A DNA stretch of 30,229 nucleotides. Origin: Deltaproteobacteria bacterium. Lineage in GTDB: Bacteria; Myxococcota_A; UBA9160; SMWR01. The stretch spans positions 1-30,229 of the forward strand of contig JAQBHB010000067.1 in assembly GCA_032128115.1 (NCBI GenBank), given 5' to 3'. The notes beneath the pieces were generated by a model. It did no database searches, was not told where the DNA came from, and saw only the letters and a list, made by a program, of their open reading frames with translations. Position numbers and translations under genes: made by a program. This document shows positions 17,630 to 28,521 of the stretch, one piece after another. Within the stretch, counting starts at the first letter, position 1; each line of letters begins with the position of its first letter.

Positions 17630-17680
17630 TACCCTGCTGCCCATGACCCGAACGGGCGGGTGATACCCTGCTGCCCATGA
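17615..17680 (+). repeat. 32-bp direct repeat (period 34) spanning the murJ stop, a -10 box and an ATG
   Basis: CGAACGGGCGGGTGATACCCTGCTGCCCATGA at 17615-17646 and 17649-17680. Confidence 0.95.
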
Positions 17681-20600
17681 GCTGGGAGTTCTGGATCGAT
17701 CGCGGCGGTACCTTTACCGATTGCATCGGCCTGGCACCCGACGGGGCGCTGCATACCGCAAAGATTCTCTCGTCCGACACGGCCCCCATCGAGGGCATCC
17801 GCGCCCTGTTGGATCGCGCGGGTGCGCTCGCGTCCGGTGCCCCGCTGCCCGGGTGTCGCGTGAAGCTGGGCACCACCGTGGCCACCAATGCCCTGCTCGA
17901 GCGCCGCGGGGCGCCCACATTGCTTGTGGCCGACCGCGGGCTCGGCGATGTGCTGGAGATCGGCACCCAGGAGCGACCCGAGCTGTTCGCGCTCCACATC
18001 GAGAAGCCCCCCCTGCTGCACGCGGAAACCCTGGAGGTGGGAGGGCGCGTGGCGGTGGACGGGACCGAGATCGAGGCGTTCGACGAGGACGAGGCCCGCC
18101 GCGCGTTGCGCGACGCGCGGCGGCGCGGCCTGCGCTCGGTGTCGATCGTGCTGGCCCACGCCTACGCCTATCCCGGGCGCGAGACGAGGCTGGCGGAGAT
18201 CGCGGGCGAGGAGGGCTTCGCCACGGTGGTTGCCTCGCACCAGGTGGCGCGCGAAATCGGTCTGTTGGCGCGCGGCGAAACCAGCACCGTGGATGCGTAC
18301 CTCACGCCGCTGCTGCAGGAGCACGTCATCGGCCTGGGCAAAACGCTTCCCGGCTCATGGCTGCGTTTCATGCAGTCGTCCGGTGGCCTCACGCCGGGCG
18401 AACGCTTTCGGGGGCCGACGGCGTTGCTCTCGGGTCCCGCGGGCGGTGTGATCGGCGCGGCGCGCGTCGCCGCCGCGGCCGGTTTCGACCGCGCCATCGG
18501 CTTCGACATGGGCGGCACTTCCACCGACGTGTCGCTATTGCAGGCGGGGGAACTCGAACGCCGCTTCGAGAGCCTGGTGGGCGGCGTGCGCGTCAAGGCG
18601 CCCATGCTGCGCATCCACACGGTGGCGGCGGGCGGAGGCTCGCTGTGTCGCTTCGACGGCTTCCGCCTCACCGTGGGGCCGGAGAGCGCCGGCGCCGACC
18701 CGGGCCCGATCTGCTACGGGCACCCGGACGCACGCGAGCTGGCGATCTCAGATGTGAATTTCGCCCTGGGTCGTCTGCAACCCGATCGCTTCCCGTTCCC
18801 GCTGCAGCGTGCGCCGGTGGAACGGGCGCTCCGGGAGCGGGGCGAGGAACTCGCGCGAGAGGGTCACGCGCTCGAACCGGACGAGATCGCCGCGGGCTTC
18901 GTGCAGGTGGCCAACGCCGGCATGGCAGCGGCCATCGCCGAGGTCTCGGTGGCGCGCGGGGTCGACCCGCGCGACTGCGCCCTGGTGGCCTTCGGCGGCG
19001 CGGCCGGACAGCACGCCTGTGCCGTCGCTCGCGAGCTGGGCATCCGGACCCTGTTGCTCCATCCCCTGGCGGGGCTGCTCTCGGCCTACGGCATTGGCGT
19101 GGCCGACGCGAGCTGGGACGGGCAGCGCGACGCGGGCCGGGTGCCGCTTCCCGACGGCGCCGCCCCGATGCCCGACGCGGTGAGCGCGTGGCTCGGCGAA
19201 CTGGAAGCGCAGGGGCGGGCGGCCCTGGCCGGGGAGGGCGTGGCCGAGACACGAATCCGCATCGAGCGCTGGCTCGACCTGCGCTACCAGGGCAGCGAGA
19301 CGCCGTTGCCGGTGCGCGAGCCCGACGATGGCGACTACGCCGCGGCTTTTGCCGTCGCCCACCAGCTGCGCTTCGGCTACACGCGACCGGGCCGGCCGGT
19401 GGAGATCGTGACGGCGCGCCTTCGCGCCAGCGCAGCCAGCGAGGCGCCCGCGGTGCGGGAAGCCAGCTCGGCCGTGGCGTCTGCCGCAGTGCGGGAAGCC
19501 AGCTCGGCCGTGGCGTCTGCCGCGGTGCCGTTGCGCCACGAGAGGGTGTGGTTCCCGGGCCCCGGCCGCACCCGCGCGCCGGTCTACGCCCGCGAGGACC
19601 TGATGCCCGGAACCCGACTGGACGGACCTGCGCTGCTGCTCGAGGGCACCGGCAGCGTGGTGCTCGATCCGGGTTTCCACGCCCGTGTCGAGGTCGGCGG
19701 CCTGCTGGTGGTGAGCGACGAAGCCGGTCCCCAGCGCCCGCCGGCCGGGGACCTGTCGCGCCCTGATCCCATCCGTCTCGAGGTCTTTGGCAACCGCTTC
19801 ATGTCGATCGCCGAGCAGATGGGCGCCGTGCTCCGGAACACTTCGGTCTCCACCAACATCAAGGAGCGTCTGGACTACTCGTGTGCCGTCTTCGATGCCG
19901 AAGGGGGACTGGTGGCCAATGCGCCCCACATCCCGGTGCACCTGGGGGCGATGGCCGAGACGGTGCGGGCTGCACGCGATCGCTTCCCGGATCTCGAGCC
20001 CGGGGACGTGGTGGTAACCAACGACCCGTCGGCCGGAGGCTCCCACCTGCCGGACGTGACCGCCGTGACCCCCGTCTTCAGCGGCGGCGCAATCCCACAC
20101 TTCTTCGTGGCGAGCCGTGGCCACCATGCCGACGTGGGGGGCGTGACACCCGGGTCGATGCCGTCCGACTCGCACTGCCTGGAAGAAGAGGGCGTGCTGC
20201 TGCCTCCCTTCCGCCTGGTGCGGGCCGGGTGCTTCGACGAGGAGCGCCTGCGGCGAATGCTGGCCGACGCCCGCTATCCGGCGCGAACGCCGGACGACAA
20301 CGTGGCCGAGCTCGAGGCCATGGTGGCGGCCAACCGGTGCGGCGAGGGCCTGCTCCACACCCTGGTGGAGGAGCACGGACTCGAGGCGCTGGCCCTCACC
20401 ATGCAACAACTCCAGCAGGCGGCTGCGGGCAAGGTGGCGCGCGAGATCGGTCGCCTGGCAGACGGGGTGCACGAGTTCGAAGATTGCATGGACGACGGCA
20501 CGCCCATCCGGGTGGCGATTTCGATCGAAGGGGAGCGCATGCGCATCGACTTCGCCGGCACTGGCCCGGCCTCACCGGGCAACCTGAACGCACCCCCGGC

Positions 20601-21339
20601 GGTGGTGCAGGCGGCGGTCATCTACGTGCTGCGGGCGTTGGTGGACGAACGCATTCCGCTCAACGGTGGCTGCTTGCAGCCGGTGGAGATTTCCGTGCCC
20701 GCGGGCTCGCTGCTCGACCCGCCGCCGGGGGCCGCCGTGGTGGGGGGCAACGTGGAGACCTCGCAGCGCATCGTCGATGTGCTGCTGGGCGCCCTGGGTC
20801 TCGTGGCGGCCAGCCAGGGCACCATGAACAACGTGGCCTTCGGTGACGCTCACTTCGGCTACTACGAGACGGTGGGCGGGGGCGCCGGGGCCGGACCCGA
20901 CTTCGACGGCGCCTCGGGTGTTCACACCCACATGACCAACACGCGCATCACCGACGCCGAGGTGCTGGAGGCGCGGCATCCGGTGCGGGTCCGGCGCTTT
21001 GCCGTGCGCCGGGGCTCGGGTGGCGCCGGGCGCCACCGGGGCGGCGACGGTCTGGTGCGCGAGTACGAATTCCTGGCGCCGGTGACGGTCTCGCTGCTGA
21101 CGGAGCGCCGGGCGTATGCGCCCTACGGACTGGCCGGCGGTCGGCCCGGTGCGCTGGGCCGCAACCGGGTCGTGCGTGCCGACGGCAGCGAGGAGGAACT
21201 TCCGGGTGCCTGCACCCTGGAGCTTGTGGCCGGTGATCGCCTGCGCGTCGAGACACCGGGCGGCGGCGGCTTCGGGGCCGACGGCACACAACCCTTGCCG
21301 GAGTGCGACCCGACCTCTACCGTCCGTCCGGGCGCGTAG
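17677..21339 (+). CDS. Fused hydantoinase A/B, 5-oxoprolinase (ATP-hydrolysing) family protein
   Basis: [85 protein letters not shown]. Confidence 0.95.
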   Translation: MSWEFWIDRGGTFTDCIGLAPDGALHTAKILSSDTAPIEGIRALLDRAGALASGAPLPGCRVKLGTTVATNALLERRGAPTLLVADRGLGDVLEIGTQERPELFALHIEKPPLLHAETLEVGGRVAVDGTEIEAFDEDEARRALRDARRRGLRSVSIVLAHAYAYPGRETRLAEIAGEEGFATVVASHQVAREIGLLARGETSTVDAYLTPLLQEHVIGLGKTLPGSWLRFMQSSGGLTPGERFRGPTALLSGPAGGVIGAARVAAAAGFDRAIGFDMGGTSTDVSLLQAGELERRFESLVGGVRVKAPMLRIHTVAAGGGSLCRFDGFRLTVGPESAGADPGPICYGHPDARELAISDVNFALGRLQPDRFPFPLQRAPVERALRERGEELAREGHALEPDEIAAGFVQVANAGMAAAIAEVSVARGVDPRDCALVAFGGAAGQHACAVARELGIRTLLLHPLAGLLSAYGIGVADASWDGQRDAGRVPLPDGAAPMPDAVSAWLGELEAQGRAALAGEGVAETRIRIERWLDLRYQGSETPLPVREPDDGDYAAAFAVAHQLRFGYTRPGRPVEIVTARLRASAASEAPAVREASSAVASAAVREASSAVASAAVPLRHERVWFPGPGRTRAPVYAREDLMPGTRLDGPALLLEGTGSVVLDPGFHARVEVGGLLVVSDEAGPQRPPAGDLSRPDPIRLEVFGNRFMSIAEQMGAVLRNTSVSTNIKERLDYSCAVFDAEGGLVANAPHIPVHLGAMAETVRAARDRFPDLEPGDVVVTNDPSAGGSHLPDVTAVTPVFSGGAIPHFFVASRGHHADVGGVTPGSMPSDSHCLEEEGVLLPPFRLVRAGCFDEERLRRMLADARYPARTPDDNVAELEAMVAANRCGEGLLHTLVEEHGLEALALTMQQLQQAAAGKVAREIGRLADGVHEFEDCMDDGTPIRVAISIEGERMRIDFAGTGPASPGNLNAPPAVVQAAVIYVLRALVDERIPLNGGCLQPVEISVPAGSLLDPPPGAAVVGGNVETSQRIVDVLLGALGLVAASQGTMNNVAFGDAHFGYYETVGGGAGAGPDFDGASGVHTHMTNTRITDAEVLEARHPVRVRRFAVRRGSGGAGRHRGGDGLVREYEFLAPVTVSLLTERRAYAPYGLAGGRPGALGRNRVVRADGSEEELPGACTLELVAGDRLRVETPGGGGFGADGTQPLPECDPTSTVRPGA
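19448..19528 (+). repeat. In-frame 36-bp tandem duplication ([12 protein letters not shown] x2)
   Basis: GTGCGGGAAGCCAGCTCGGCCGTGGCGTCTGCCGC starts at both 19453 and 19489. Confidence 0.92.
21295..21323 (+). promoter_or_regulatory. Sigma70-like promoter for tRNA-Lys/tRNA-Leu/tig, inside the oxoprolinase 3' end
   Basis: TTGCCG-N17-TACCGT, ending 6 nt before tRNA position 1. Confidence 0.55.
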
Positions 21340-21402
21340 CTCAATTGGTAGAGCAAGGGACTCTTAATCCCTAGGTTCGGGGTTCGATCCCCCGCGCGCT
21401 CA
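21330..21402 (+). tRNA. tRNA-Lys(CTT), CCA not encoded
   Basis: Acceptor stem GGGCGCG/CGCGCTC, anticodon arm AGGGA-CTCTTAA-TCCCT, T arm CGGGG-TTCGATC-CCCCG. Confidence 0.96.
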
Positions 21403-21427
21403 CATTTTCGACTGCCGATGCGCCAAC

Positions 21428-21514
21428 GCCGGGGTGGCGGAACTGGTAGACGCGGTGGCCTTAGGAGCCATCGCCCGAAAGGGCGTGCAGGTTCGAGTCC
21501 TGTCCCCGGCACCA
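21428..21514 (+). tRNA. tRNA-Leu(TAG)
   Basis: GCCGGGG...CCCCGGC-A-CCA, anticodon loop CTTAGGA, long variable arm GCCC-GAAA-GGGC. Confidence 0.97.
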
Positions 21515-21552
21515 TCCTGGTCCCCCGATCGAAAGCCCGCCGCGGAGAGCCC

Positions 21553-22866
21553 ATGGCCTCAGAGACCTCCTCGAAGATCCGGGTCGAAACGCGCGAAGAC
21601 AGCTCGATCCTCCACACGATCGACGTGGAGGTCGACGCTTCGCTGGTCCGTCGCGCTTACGATCGTACCTACCAGGAGTTGGCCAAGGGCTCCCGGATCC
21701 GGGGATTCCGGCCCGGCAAGGCGCCGCGCACCGTATTGGAGAGGCTCTACGGGCCTTCGGTGGCCGAGCAGGTGGAGCGCACCCTGGTGTCCGAGACCCT
21801 GGCCGACGCGGTCGAGCAATCGGGTCTTACGCCGGTGGCCGAGCCCGAGATCGATGCCGGCGCACTGAATCCGGACACGCCGTTCCGATACACCGCGCGT
21901 CTCGAGGTGAAGCCCCAGCTCTCGCTGCCCGAAACCCGGGGCCTGCCCGGGCGTCGACCCCAGGTACGGATCTCGGACGAAGACGTGGAGCGCGAACTCG
22001 AGGGACTGCGCCACCACAACGCGCCCATCCTGGAGGAGCCGGGGGGCACGCCGATCGCCGATGGCCACCTGGTCTCCATCGATTTCGTGGGCAAGATCGA
22101 CGGCCTGCCGTTCGAGGGTGGAACCGGGCGCGGCGTCGAGTTCGAAATGGGCAGCGGCCGCTTCCTGCCGGGCTTCGAGACGCAGCTTCTGGGAGCGATG
22201 GCGGACGAAGACCGCGAGGTCCGTATCCGGTTTCCCGAGGACTACGAGAGCGCCGAGGTGGCGGGCAAGGAGGCCGTGTTCGCAACCCACGTGGTGGAGG
22301 TCAAGCGACGCCACCTGCCGGAGCTGGACGACGAGTTCGCCAAGGACCTGGGCGACTTCGAGTCGCTGGACTCGCTGCGCGAACGGATCCGCAACGACCT
22401 CACCGCCGTGGCCATGCGGGATGCCAACGCCGAGTTGCGTCGCACGCTGATGGACGCGCTGATCGAACGGACACCCTTCGAAGTGCCTCCGGGTCTGGTG
22501 CGGCGCGAGCTCGAGCGCCAGGTGTCCATGGCCCAGCGGCGCCTCCAGGGCTCGCTGCCGGAAGACGCGCTGCAGGCCCAGGCGGAGCGCTGGATGGAGC
22601 AGTGGCGGGGCCGGGCCGAGCGCGAAGTGCGCGAGACGTTGATCCTGGAGGCAGTGGCCCGCGATGCCGAGATCAAGGCCGAGGACAATGAGGTGGACGC
22701 CAAGCTCGAAGAGATGGCCCGGGAGCGGGGCGTGGACGTCGCCGCACTCGAGCGGGCCTACGGCGACGATCATCTGCGGGCCGCTCTCGGCGGCCAGGTG
22801 GTGGACGAAAAGGCGCTTGATTTCCTCATTCGCGAGGCTAAAGTCGAAGAAACGACGGATAGTTAG
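21553..22866 (+). CDS. tig: Trigger factor
   Basis: Ribosome-binding signature [12 protein letters not shown]-like [33 protein letters not shown]. Confidence 0.97.
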   Translation: MASETSSKIRVETREDSSILHTIDVEVDASLVRRAYDRTYQELAKGSRIRGFRPGKAPRTVLERLYGPSVAEQVERTLVSETLADAVEQSGLTPVAEPEIDAGALNPDTPFRYTARLEVKPQLSLPETRGLPGRRPQVRISDEDVERELEGLRHHNAPILEEPGGTPIADGHLVSIDFVGKIDGLPFEGGTGRGVEFEMGSGRFLPGFETQLLGAMADEDREVRIRFPEDYESAEVAGKEAVFATHVVEVKRRHLPELDDEFAKDLGDFESLDSLRERIRNDLTAVAMRDANAELRRTLMDALIERTPFEVPPGLVRRELERQVSMAQRRLQGSLPEDALQAQAERWMEQWRGRAEREVRETLILEAVARDAEIKAEDNEVDAKLEEMARERGVDVAALERAYGDDHLRAALGGQVVDEKALDFLIREAKVEETTDS

Positions 22867-23049
22867 CCAAGCGCTCGCAGATTCCGGCGTCTCCCATGGG
22901 CGCTTTTCGCGGCTTGCGACGCCTTCTCGCGGCCCGCGCCCGCGCAACCCCGGTCGACCGCATTCCGGACGCGGCGTCCGGACGCGGCGGCTGGGCCGAA
23001 ACGGCGCTGGATTCCTCCCCCCCCGGGAGCGGCGCGGCGCAAGTTGCGC

Positions 23050-23140
23050 ATTCGGGTGAGATTCGGGTGACATCCGGGTGGAGCTGGATGCGCACCGATT
23101 CGGGGGGTCCGCGACAGGCAACATCGGGCAGCGATCGGGC
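23050..23140. repeat. 11-bp-period direct repeats upstream of clpP
   Basis: ATTCGGGTGAG, ATTCGGGTGAC and ATCCGGGTGGA at 23050-23082; ATTCGGG at 23098; ATCGGGC at 23123 and 23134. Confidence 0.7.
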
Positions 23141-23228
23141 GAGTGATCCCGGGCCAGGGTCGGTTACCCTTGTCCATGGTGCACGTGGAGTGGTCGCAGG
23201 AGCGGCCCGAGCGGGTGCGGGAGCGGCA

Positions 23229-23867
23229 ATGCCTCTGATTCCGTACGTGATCGAACAGAGCCAGCGGGGCGAGCGTGCCTTCGACATCTACTCGCGCCTG
23301 CTGCGGGATCGCATCGTCTTCTTCGGCAGCGCCATCGATGACGAAGTGGCCAATCTGTTGATCGCCCAGCTCCTGTTCCTGGAGGCCGAGGATCCGGACA
23401 AGGACATCCACCTCTACATCAACTCGCCCGGGGGTTCGGTGACCGCGGGCCTCGCGGTCTACGACACCATGCAGTACATCCGGCCCGACATCGCCACCAT
23501 CTGCCTGGGGCAGGCGGCCTCCATGGGCGCCTGGCTGCTGGCCGCCGGTACCCACGGCAAGCGGATGGCTCTGCCCAATTCGCAGATCATGATCCACCAG
23601 CCCATGGGGGGGGTCTCGGGCCAGGCCACCGACATCGACATCCACGCGCGCGAGATCCTGAAGCTGCGCGACCGCATGAACCACATCCTGGCAAAGCACA
23701 CGAACACGCCGGTGGACCAGATCGCCAGGGATACCGAGCGAGACTTCCATTTGAGCGGTGAAGAAGCCACGGAGTATGGTCTGGTCGATCGGGTTGTGTC
23801 GCAGCGGGAGGTGATTTCGAAGACCAAGGGCGGAAGCCGGCCGGATGGCGGAGGATCGAAGGGATGA
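23229..23867 (+). CDS. clpP: ATP-dependent Clp protease proteolytic subunit
   Basis: [39 protein letters not shown]. Confidence 0.98.
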   Translation: MPLIPYVIEQSQRGERAFDIYSRLLRDRIVFFGSAIDDEVANLLIAQLLFLEAEDPDKDIHLYINSPGGSVTAGLAVYDTMQYIRPDIATICLGQAASMGAWLLAAGTHGKRMALPNSQIMIHQPMGGVSGQATDIDIHAREILKLRDRMNHILAKHTNTPVDQIARDTERDFHLSGEEATEYGLVDRVVSQREVISKTKGGSRPDGGGSKG

Positions 23868-25111
23868 AGAAGCGCGACGACGACGCCAATCTCGCTTGCT
23901 CCTTCTGCGGGAAGAGCCAGCGCGAGGTCAAGAAGCTCATCGCAGGGCCGACGGTCTACATCTGTGACGAGTGCATCGAACTCTGCAACGACATCATCGC
24001 GGAAGAGTACGGACAGGACGAGGCCACCCCGACCTCGTCAAAGGTTCCCAAGCCGCAGGAGATCAAGGCTTCCCTGGACGACTACGTGATCGGCCAGGAC
24101 CGGGCCAAGAAGATCCTGTCGGTCGCCGTGCACAATCACTACCGCCGGATCGAGAGCCAGACCTTCGTGGGCGACGTGGAGCTCCAGAAGGCCAATATCG
24201 TGATGATCGGACCCACGGGCTCGGGCAAGACCCTGCTGGCCCAGACCCTGGCCAGGGTCCTGGACGTGCCGTTCACGATCGCAGACGCGACCACGCTCAC
24301 CGAGGCGGGCTATGTGGGCGAGGACGTGGAGAACATCATCCTCAACCTGCTCCAGGCCGCGAATTACGACGTGGAGAGGGCCCAGCGCGGGATCATCTAC
24401 ATCGATGAGATCGACAAGATCGCCCGCAAGAGCGAGAACCCGTCCATCACCCGGGACGTTTCCGGCGAGGGCGTGCAGCAGGCCCTGCTCAAGATCATCG
24501 AGGGCACCATGGCCAGCGTGCCCCCCAAGGGGGGGCGAAAGCACCCGCAGCAGGAATTCCTGCAGATCGACACCACGAACATCCTGTTCCTGTGCGGAGG
24601 CGCCTTCTGTGGCCTGGAATCGATCATCGAGCGCCGCATCGGAGTGAAGGGAATGGGCTTTGGTGCCGATATCCAGAAGAGTACCGAGCGCAGGCTGGGC
24701 GAGGTGCTGCGCGAGGTGCAGGCGGAAGACCTGTTGCACTTCGGGCTGATTCCCGAGTTCGTGGGTCGGCTGCCGGTGGTGGCCACGCTGGACGAGCTGA
24801 ACGAGGAAGCGTTGATCGACATCCTTACCAAGCCCAAGAACGCGCTGATCAAGCAGTATGAGAAGCTCTTCGAATTCGAGGATGTGCGGCTGCGCTTCTC
24901 GGAAGGGGCCCTGCGCTCCGTGGCCAGCCAGGCCCTGCGCCGCAAGTCCGGCGCGCGCGGTCTGCGCTCGATTCTAGAGAACGTGATGCTCGATCTCATG
25001 TACGAGATCCCGTCGCGCGATGACGTAGAAGAGTGCGTGATCAACGAGGAAGCCATCGAACAGGGCAGCAAGCCGCTGCTGGTCTTGAAGCGGGAGGCGG
25101 AGTCCGCCTGA
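23864..25111 (+). CDS. clpX: Clp protease ATP-binding subunit ClpX
   Basis: Zinc finger CSFCGK...[35 protein letters not shown] overlap with clpP. Confidence 0.99.
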   Translation: MKKRDDDANLACSFCGKSQREVKKLIAGPTVYICDECIELCNDIIAEEYGQDEATPTSSKVPKPQEIKASLDDYVIGQDRAKKILSVAVHNHYRRIESQTFVGDVELQKANIVMIGPTGSGKTLLAQTLARVLDVPFTIADATTLTEAGYVGEDVENIILNLLQAANYDVERAQRGIIYIDEIDKIARKSENPSITRDVSGEGVQQALLKIIEGTMASVPPKGGRKHPQQEFLQIDTTNILFLCGGAFCGLESIIERRIGVKGMGFGADIQKSTERRLGEVLREVQAEDLLHFGLIPEFVGRLPVVATLDELNEEALIDILTKPKNALIKQYEKLFEFEDVRLRFSEGALRSVASQALRRKSGARGLRSILENVMLDLMYEIPSRDDVEECVINEEAIEQGSKPLLVLKREAESA

Positions 25112-25166
25112 CCGAGACGGCCTGAGTTGCCCCGGCACCCCCCGCACCGCTGGAGAAACCGAGCCG

Positions 25167-27656
25167 ATGGGGATCTTCCGAAACGATGACGATCACGATG
25201 GGGATGAGATGCCGACCGATTCACGCCCTCTGAAGCCGCCCACCGGGGCGATTCCGCTGCTTCCGCTGCGCGACATCGTCGTGTTGCCGTACATGGTGGT
25301 CCCGCTCTTCGTGGGACGCGCCAAGTCGATCCACGCCCTCGAGGAGGCCATGAGCCAGGAGCGCGAGCTCCTGCTGTGCGCCCAGCGCGAGGCGAGCGAG
25401 GACGAGCCCGGTGAGGACGACATCTACAAAGTCGGCACTCTCGGCACCATCGTGCAGTTGCTGCGCCTGCCCGACGGCACCGTGAAGGTGCTCGTGGAGG
25501 GCAAGGCCCGCGCCCGGATCGAGCGTTTCGTGAGTTCGGACCCGCACTTTTCCTGCGAAGTGAAGATCCTGAAAGAAGTCGGGGAGCCGGGCGTGGAGAT
25601 CGACGCACTGGTGCGCACCATCCACACGGGTTTCGAGAACTACGTGCGCCTCAACAAGAAGGTGCCGCCCGAGACGCTCAACACCGTGACCTCGATCTCC
25701 GACGCGGGCCGGCTATCGGACACCATCGTTGCCCACCTGAATCTCAAGCTCTCCGAACGCCAGGAGCTGCTGGAGATGATCTCGCCAAGCAAGCGGCTGG
25801 AAGAGGTCTACGCGCGCATGCAGGCCGAGATCGAAGTGCTCGAGGTAGAGCGCAAGATCCGCGGCCGCGTGAAGAAGCAGATGGAGCGCTCCCAGAAGGA
25901 GTACTACCTGAACGAGCAGATGCGCGCGATCCAGAAGGAGCTGGGGGAGCGCGACGAGTTCAAGAACGAGATCGATGAGCTCGAGGAGGCCCTCAAGGCC
26001 AAGAAGATGCCCGCGGACGTGCGGACCCGGGTCGGGAAGGAGATCCGCAAGCTCAAGATGATGTCGCCCATGAGTGCCGAGGCGACCGTCGTGCGCAATT
26101 ACGTGGACTGGTTCCTGTCGCTCCCCTGGGAGGAGTACAAGGACGAGAACGCGGACATCATCGAAGCCGAGCGGGTGCTGAACGAGGACCACTACGGGCT
26201 CGACAAGCCCAAGGATCGGATTCTCGAGTACCTGGCAGTGCAGACCCTGGTCGAGCGCATGAAGGGCCCGATCCTGTGCCTGGTGGGCCCTCCGGGCGTG
26301 GGCAAGACGAGTCTGGGGCGCTCGATCGCGCGGGCCACGAACCGCGACTTCGTGCGCGTGAGCCTGGGCGGCGTACGCGACGAGGCCGAGATCCGCGGAC
26401 ATCGGCGCACCTACATCGGGGCGCTTCCGGGCAAGGTGCTCCAGAGCCTCAAGAAGGCGGGATCGGGAAACCCGGTCTTCCTGCTGGACGAAGTGGACAA
26501 GATGTCCATGGACTTCCGTGGCGATCCGTCGTCGGCACTGCTCGAGGTGCTCGACCCGGAGCAGAATCACACGTTCAACGACCACTATCTGGACGTGGAC
26601 TACGACCTGTCGCGGGTCATGTTCATCTGCACGGCCAACGTGCTGCATCAGATCCCGCGTCCGCTGCAGGACCGCATGGAGATCATCCAGCTGCCCGGCT
26701 ACATCGAGTCGGAGAAGCTACAGATCGCCCGCCGGTTCCTGGTGCGCAAGGAGGTCGAGGCCAACGGTCTGAGCGAAGAACTGATCGAGTTCAACGACGC
26801 CGCCATCCTGGAGATCATCCGCCACTACACTCGCGAGTCGGGTGTGCGCGGCCTGGAACGCGAAATCGCGTCCATCTGCCGCAAGGTGGCGCGTGATGTG
26901 GTGAAGGCCGGCGACAAGGCCACCCGGACGAAGATCACCCCGGCGCGGGTGAAGAAACTCCTGGGTGTGTCCAAGTATCGCTTCGGCAAGGCCGAGGAGA
27001 GCAACCGGGTGGGCGTCTGCACGGGCCTCGCCTACACCGAGGTGGGCGGCGAACTGCTCCAGACCGAGGTGTCGGTGACACCCGGCAAGGGCAAGGTGCA
27101 GGTCACCGGTCGCCTGGGCGAGGTGATGCAGGAGTCGGCCAACGCGGCGCTCTCCTACGTGCGCTCCCGCGCCAAGCAGCTGGGTCTCACGCGCGACTTC
27201 TACTCCAAGGTCGACATCCACATCCACGTGCCCGAGGGCGCCACACCCAAGGACGGCCCGTCGGCGGGCATTACGATCGCCACGGCCATCGCCTCGGCGC
27301 TCACGCGGGTTCCGGTGCGGGCCAACGTGGCCATGACCGGCGAGATCACGCTGCAGGGGCGGGTGCTTCCCATCGGGGGCCTGAAGGAGAAGATGATCGC
27401 CGCCCTGCGGGGGGGGATCGATACGCTGGTGATCCCCAAGGAGAACGAAAAGGACCTGGCGGAGATCCCGGCGAACATCACGCGCAACCTGACGCTGATT
27501 CCAGTGGACCACATGGATCAGGTGCTGGAGACGGCGCTGGCCATGAGTGACCCGGAGACCTTCCTGAAGGAAGGGGATCACGAGCTGGATGAGATCTTCG
27601 AGGTACCGCCGCGGAAGCCTGCGGTGGAGCTGCCGACTCCGGCTGGGGTGAACTGA
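25167..27656 (+). CDS. lon: ATP-dependent protease La
   Basis: [42 protein letters not shown]. Confidence 0.99.
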   Translation: MGIFRNDDDHDGDEMPTDSRPLKPPTGAIPLLPLRDIVVLPYMVVPLFVGRAKSIHALEEAMSQERELLLCAQREASEDEPGEDDIYKVGTLGTIVQLLRLPDGTVKVLVEGKARARIERFVSSDPHFSCEVKILKEVGEPGVEIDALVRTIHTGFENYVRLNKKVPPETLNTVTSISDAGRLSDTIVAHLNLKLSERQELLEMISPSKRLEEVYARMQAEIEVLEVERKIRGRVKKQMERSQKEYYLNEQMRAIQKELGERDEFKNEIDELEEALKAKKMPADVRTRVGKEIRKLKMMSPMSAEATVVRNYVDWFLSLPWEEYKDENADIIEAERVLNEDHYGLDKPKDRILEYLAVQTLVERMKGPILCLVGPPGVGKTSLGRSIARATNRDFVRVSLGGVRDEAEIRGHRRTYIGALPGKVLQSLKKAGSGNPVFLLDEVDKMSMDFRGDPSSALLEVLDPEQNHTFNDHYLDVDYDLSRVMFICTANVLHQIPRPLQDRMEIIQLPGYIESEKLQIARRFLVRKEVEANGLSEELIEFNDAAILEIIRHYTRESGVRGLEREIASICRKVARDVVKAGDKATRTKITPARVKKLLGVSKYRFGKAEESNRVGVCTGLAYTEVGGELLQTEVSVTPGKGKVQVTGRLGEVMQESANAALSYVRSRAKQLGLTRDFYSKVDIHIHVPEGATPKDGPSAGITIATAIASALTRVPVRANVAMTGEITLQGRVLPIGGLKEKMIAALRGGIDTLVIPKENEKDLAEIPANITRNLTLIPVDHMDQVLETALAMSDPETFLKEGDHELDEIFEVPPRKPAVELPTPAGVN

Positions 27657-27666
27657 GGGAAGCTGG

Positions 27667-27693
27667 GAAACCGGGCCTTGCCCGGTTTCACTT
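27667..27693 (+). terminator. Probable intrinsic terminator after lon
   Basis: Stem GAAACCGGGC-CTT-GCCCGGTTTC followed by ACTT. Confidence 0.6.
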
Positions 27694-27717
27694 CCGGTTG
27701 CCGCTGGCGCTATTTCT

Positions 27718-27791
27718 GGGCGTGTAGCTCAGTTGGCTAGAGCACCTCGTTTACACCGAGGGGGTCACAGGTTCGAGTCCTGTTACGCCCA
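27718..27791 (+). tRNA. tRNA-Val(TAC), CCA not encoded
   Basis: GGGCGTG/TACGCCC, anticodon arm CCTCG-TTTACAC-CGAGG, ACAGG-TTCGAGT-CCTGT. Confidence 0.96.
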
Positions 27792-27820
27792 GAAACAGCG
27801 CCCAAGCGGTCAACTGAAGT

Positions 27821-27844
27821 GGAACCGCGCCCGAGCGCGGTTCC
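27821..27844. other. Perfect 10-bp hairpin downstream of tRNA-Val (terminator-like or processing stem; no U tract)
   Basis: GGAACCGCGC-CCGA-GCGCGGTTCC. Confidence 0.55.
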
Positions 27845-27867
27845 CTCAACCAGGAGCCCCCCCCCCA

Positions 27868-28521
27868 ATGCCCGAATTCCCCCCGTCCCCGATTTCGCCC
27901 GCCGAGTTCATCGAGAGCTTCCTGCCCAAGGCCTTTGCCGAGGCCGACGTTCCGGACGCGCTGAAAAATTTTGAGGGCAAGATCGGCATCCAGCTCGAAG
28001 GGGAGGGCGGCGGCGAGTGGACCTTCCAGGTGGAGGACGGCGCCCTCCAGGTGGCGCGCGAGCCCCGCGACGAGGCCGCCTTCACGTTCGCCCAGAGCGT
28101 TGCCGATTGGCGCGGCGCGCTCTGGGAGGGGCGCGGCGGTGCCATCGGCAAGCAGGCGAGCGGCCTGTTCCGGCCCGGCCAGCTGCAGGCGGCCCAGCCC
28201 GGCAGCCTGGGGGGGGCGCCGACGCCGGCGGCCCTGACCCAGCTGAGGGCCCTGGACGGCCTGCTGCGCATGATCGTGACGGGAGGCCAGGGGGGAGACT
28301 GGAGCGTCGACTTCAGGCTCGGTCCCGGCCCGATGCCCGAGCAGCCCACCACGGCGATCCGGATCACGTCAGAAGACGCTGCGGCCATGGAGAGGGGCGA
28401 ACTCAACCCGATCGAGGCCTTCATGGCCGGCCGCATCCAGCTCGAGGGCGACATGGCCCTGATGATGCAGATGCAGGCGATCCAGATGCAGGCCGCCAGC
28501 GGCGGGGGCAGCGGCAGCTAG
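27868..28521 (+). CDS. SCP2 sterol/lipid-binding domain protein (probably two SCP2-like domains)
   Basis: IQLEGEGGGEWTFQVEDG, then IVTGGQGGDWSV and GELNPIEAFMAGRIQLEGDMALMMQ. AGGAG RBS. Confidence 0.82.
   Translation: MPEFPPSPISPAEFIESFLPKAFAEADVPDALKNFEGKIGIQLEGEGGGEWTFQVEDGALQVAREPRDEAAFTFAQSVADWRGALWEGRGGAIGKQASGLFRPGQLQAAQPGSLGGAPTPAALTQLRALDGLLRMIVTGGQGGDWSVDFRLGPGPMPEQPTTAIRITSEDAAAMERGELNPIEAFMAGRIQLEGDMALMMQMQAIQMQAASGGGSGS

Noticed and set aside
14252..17644. Upstream part of the 1699-aa minus-strand ORF 12545..17644
   Set aside because: Only the last 568 aa (from ATG 14251) are a real ligase. The rest is off-frame to abgT or antisense to murJ and is R/G/A/P-rich, a typical high-GC open frame.
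21418..21552. N-terminal extension of trigger factor in the ORF track
   Set aside because: It runs through tRNA-Leu. ATG 21553 has an RBS and gives a normal length.
23026..23049. Possible sigma54 promoter upstream of clpP
   Set aside because: The GG-to-TTGC spacing does not give the required GG-N10-GC.
22896..23228. 111-aa N-terminal extension of ClpP
   Set aside because: It is low-complexity sequence. The canonical MPLIP start at 23229 has a GGGAG RBS.
27733..27867. N-terminal extension of the SCP2 ORF
   Set aside because: It overlaps tRNA-Val and the downstream hairpin.
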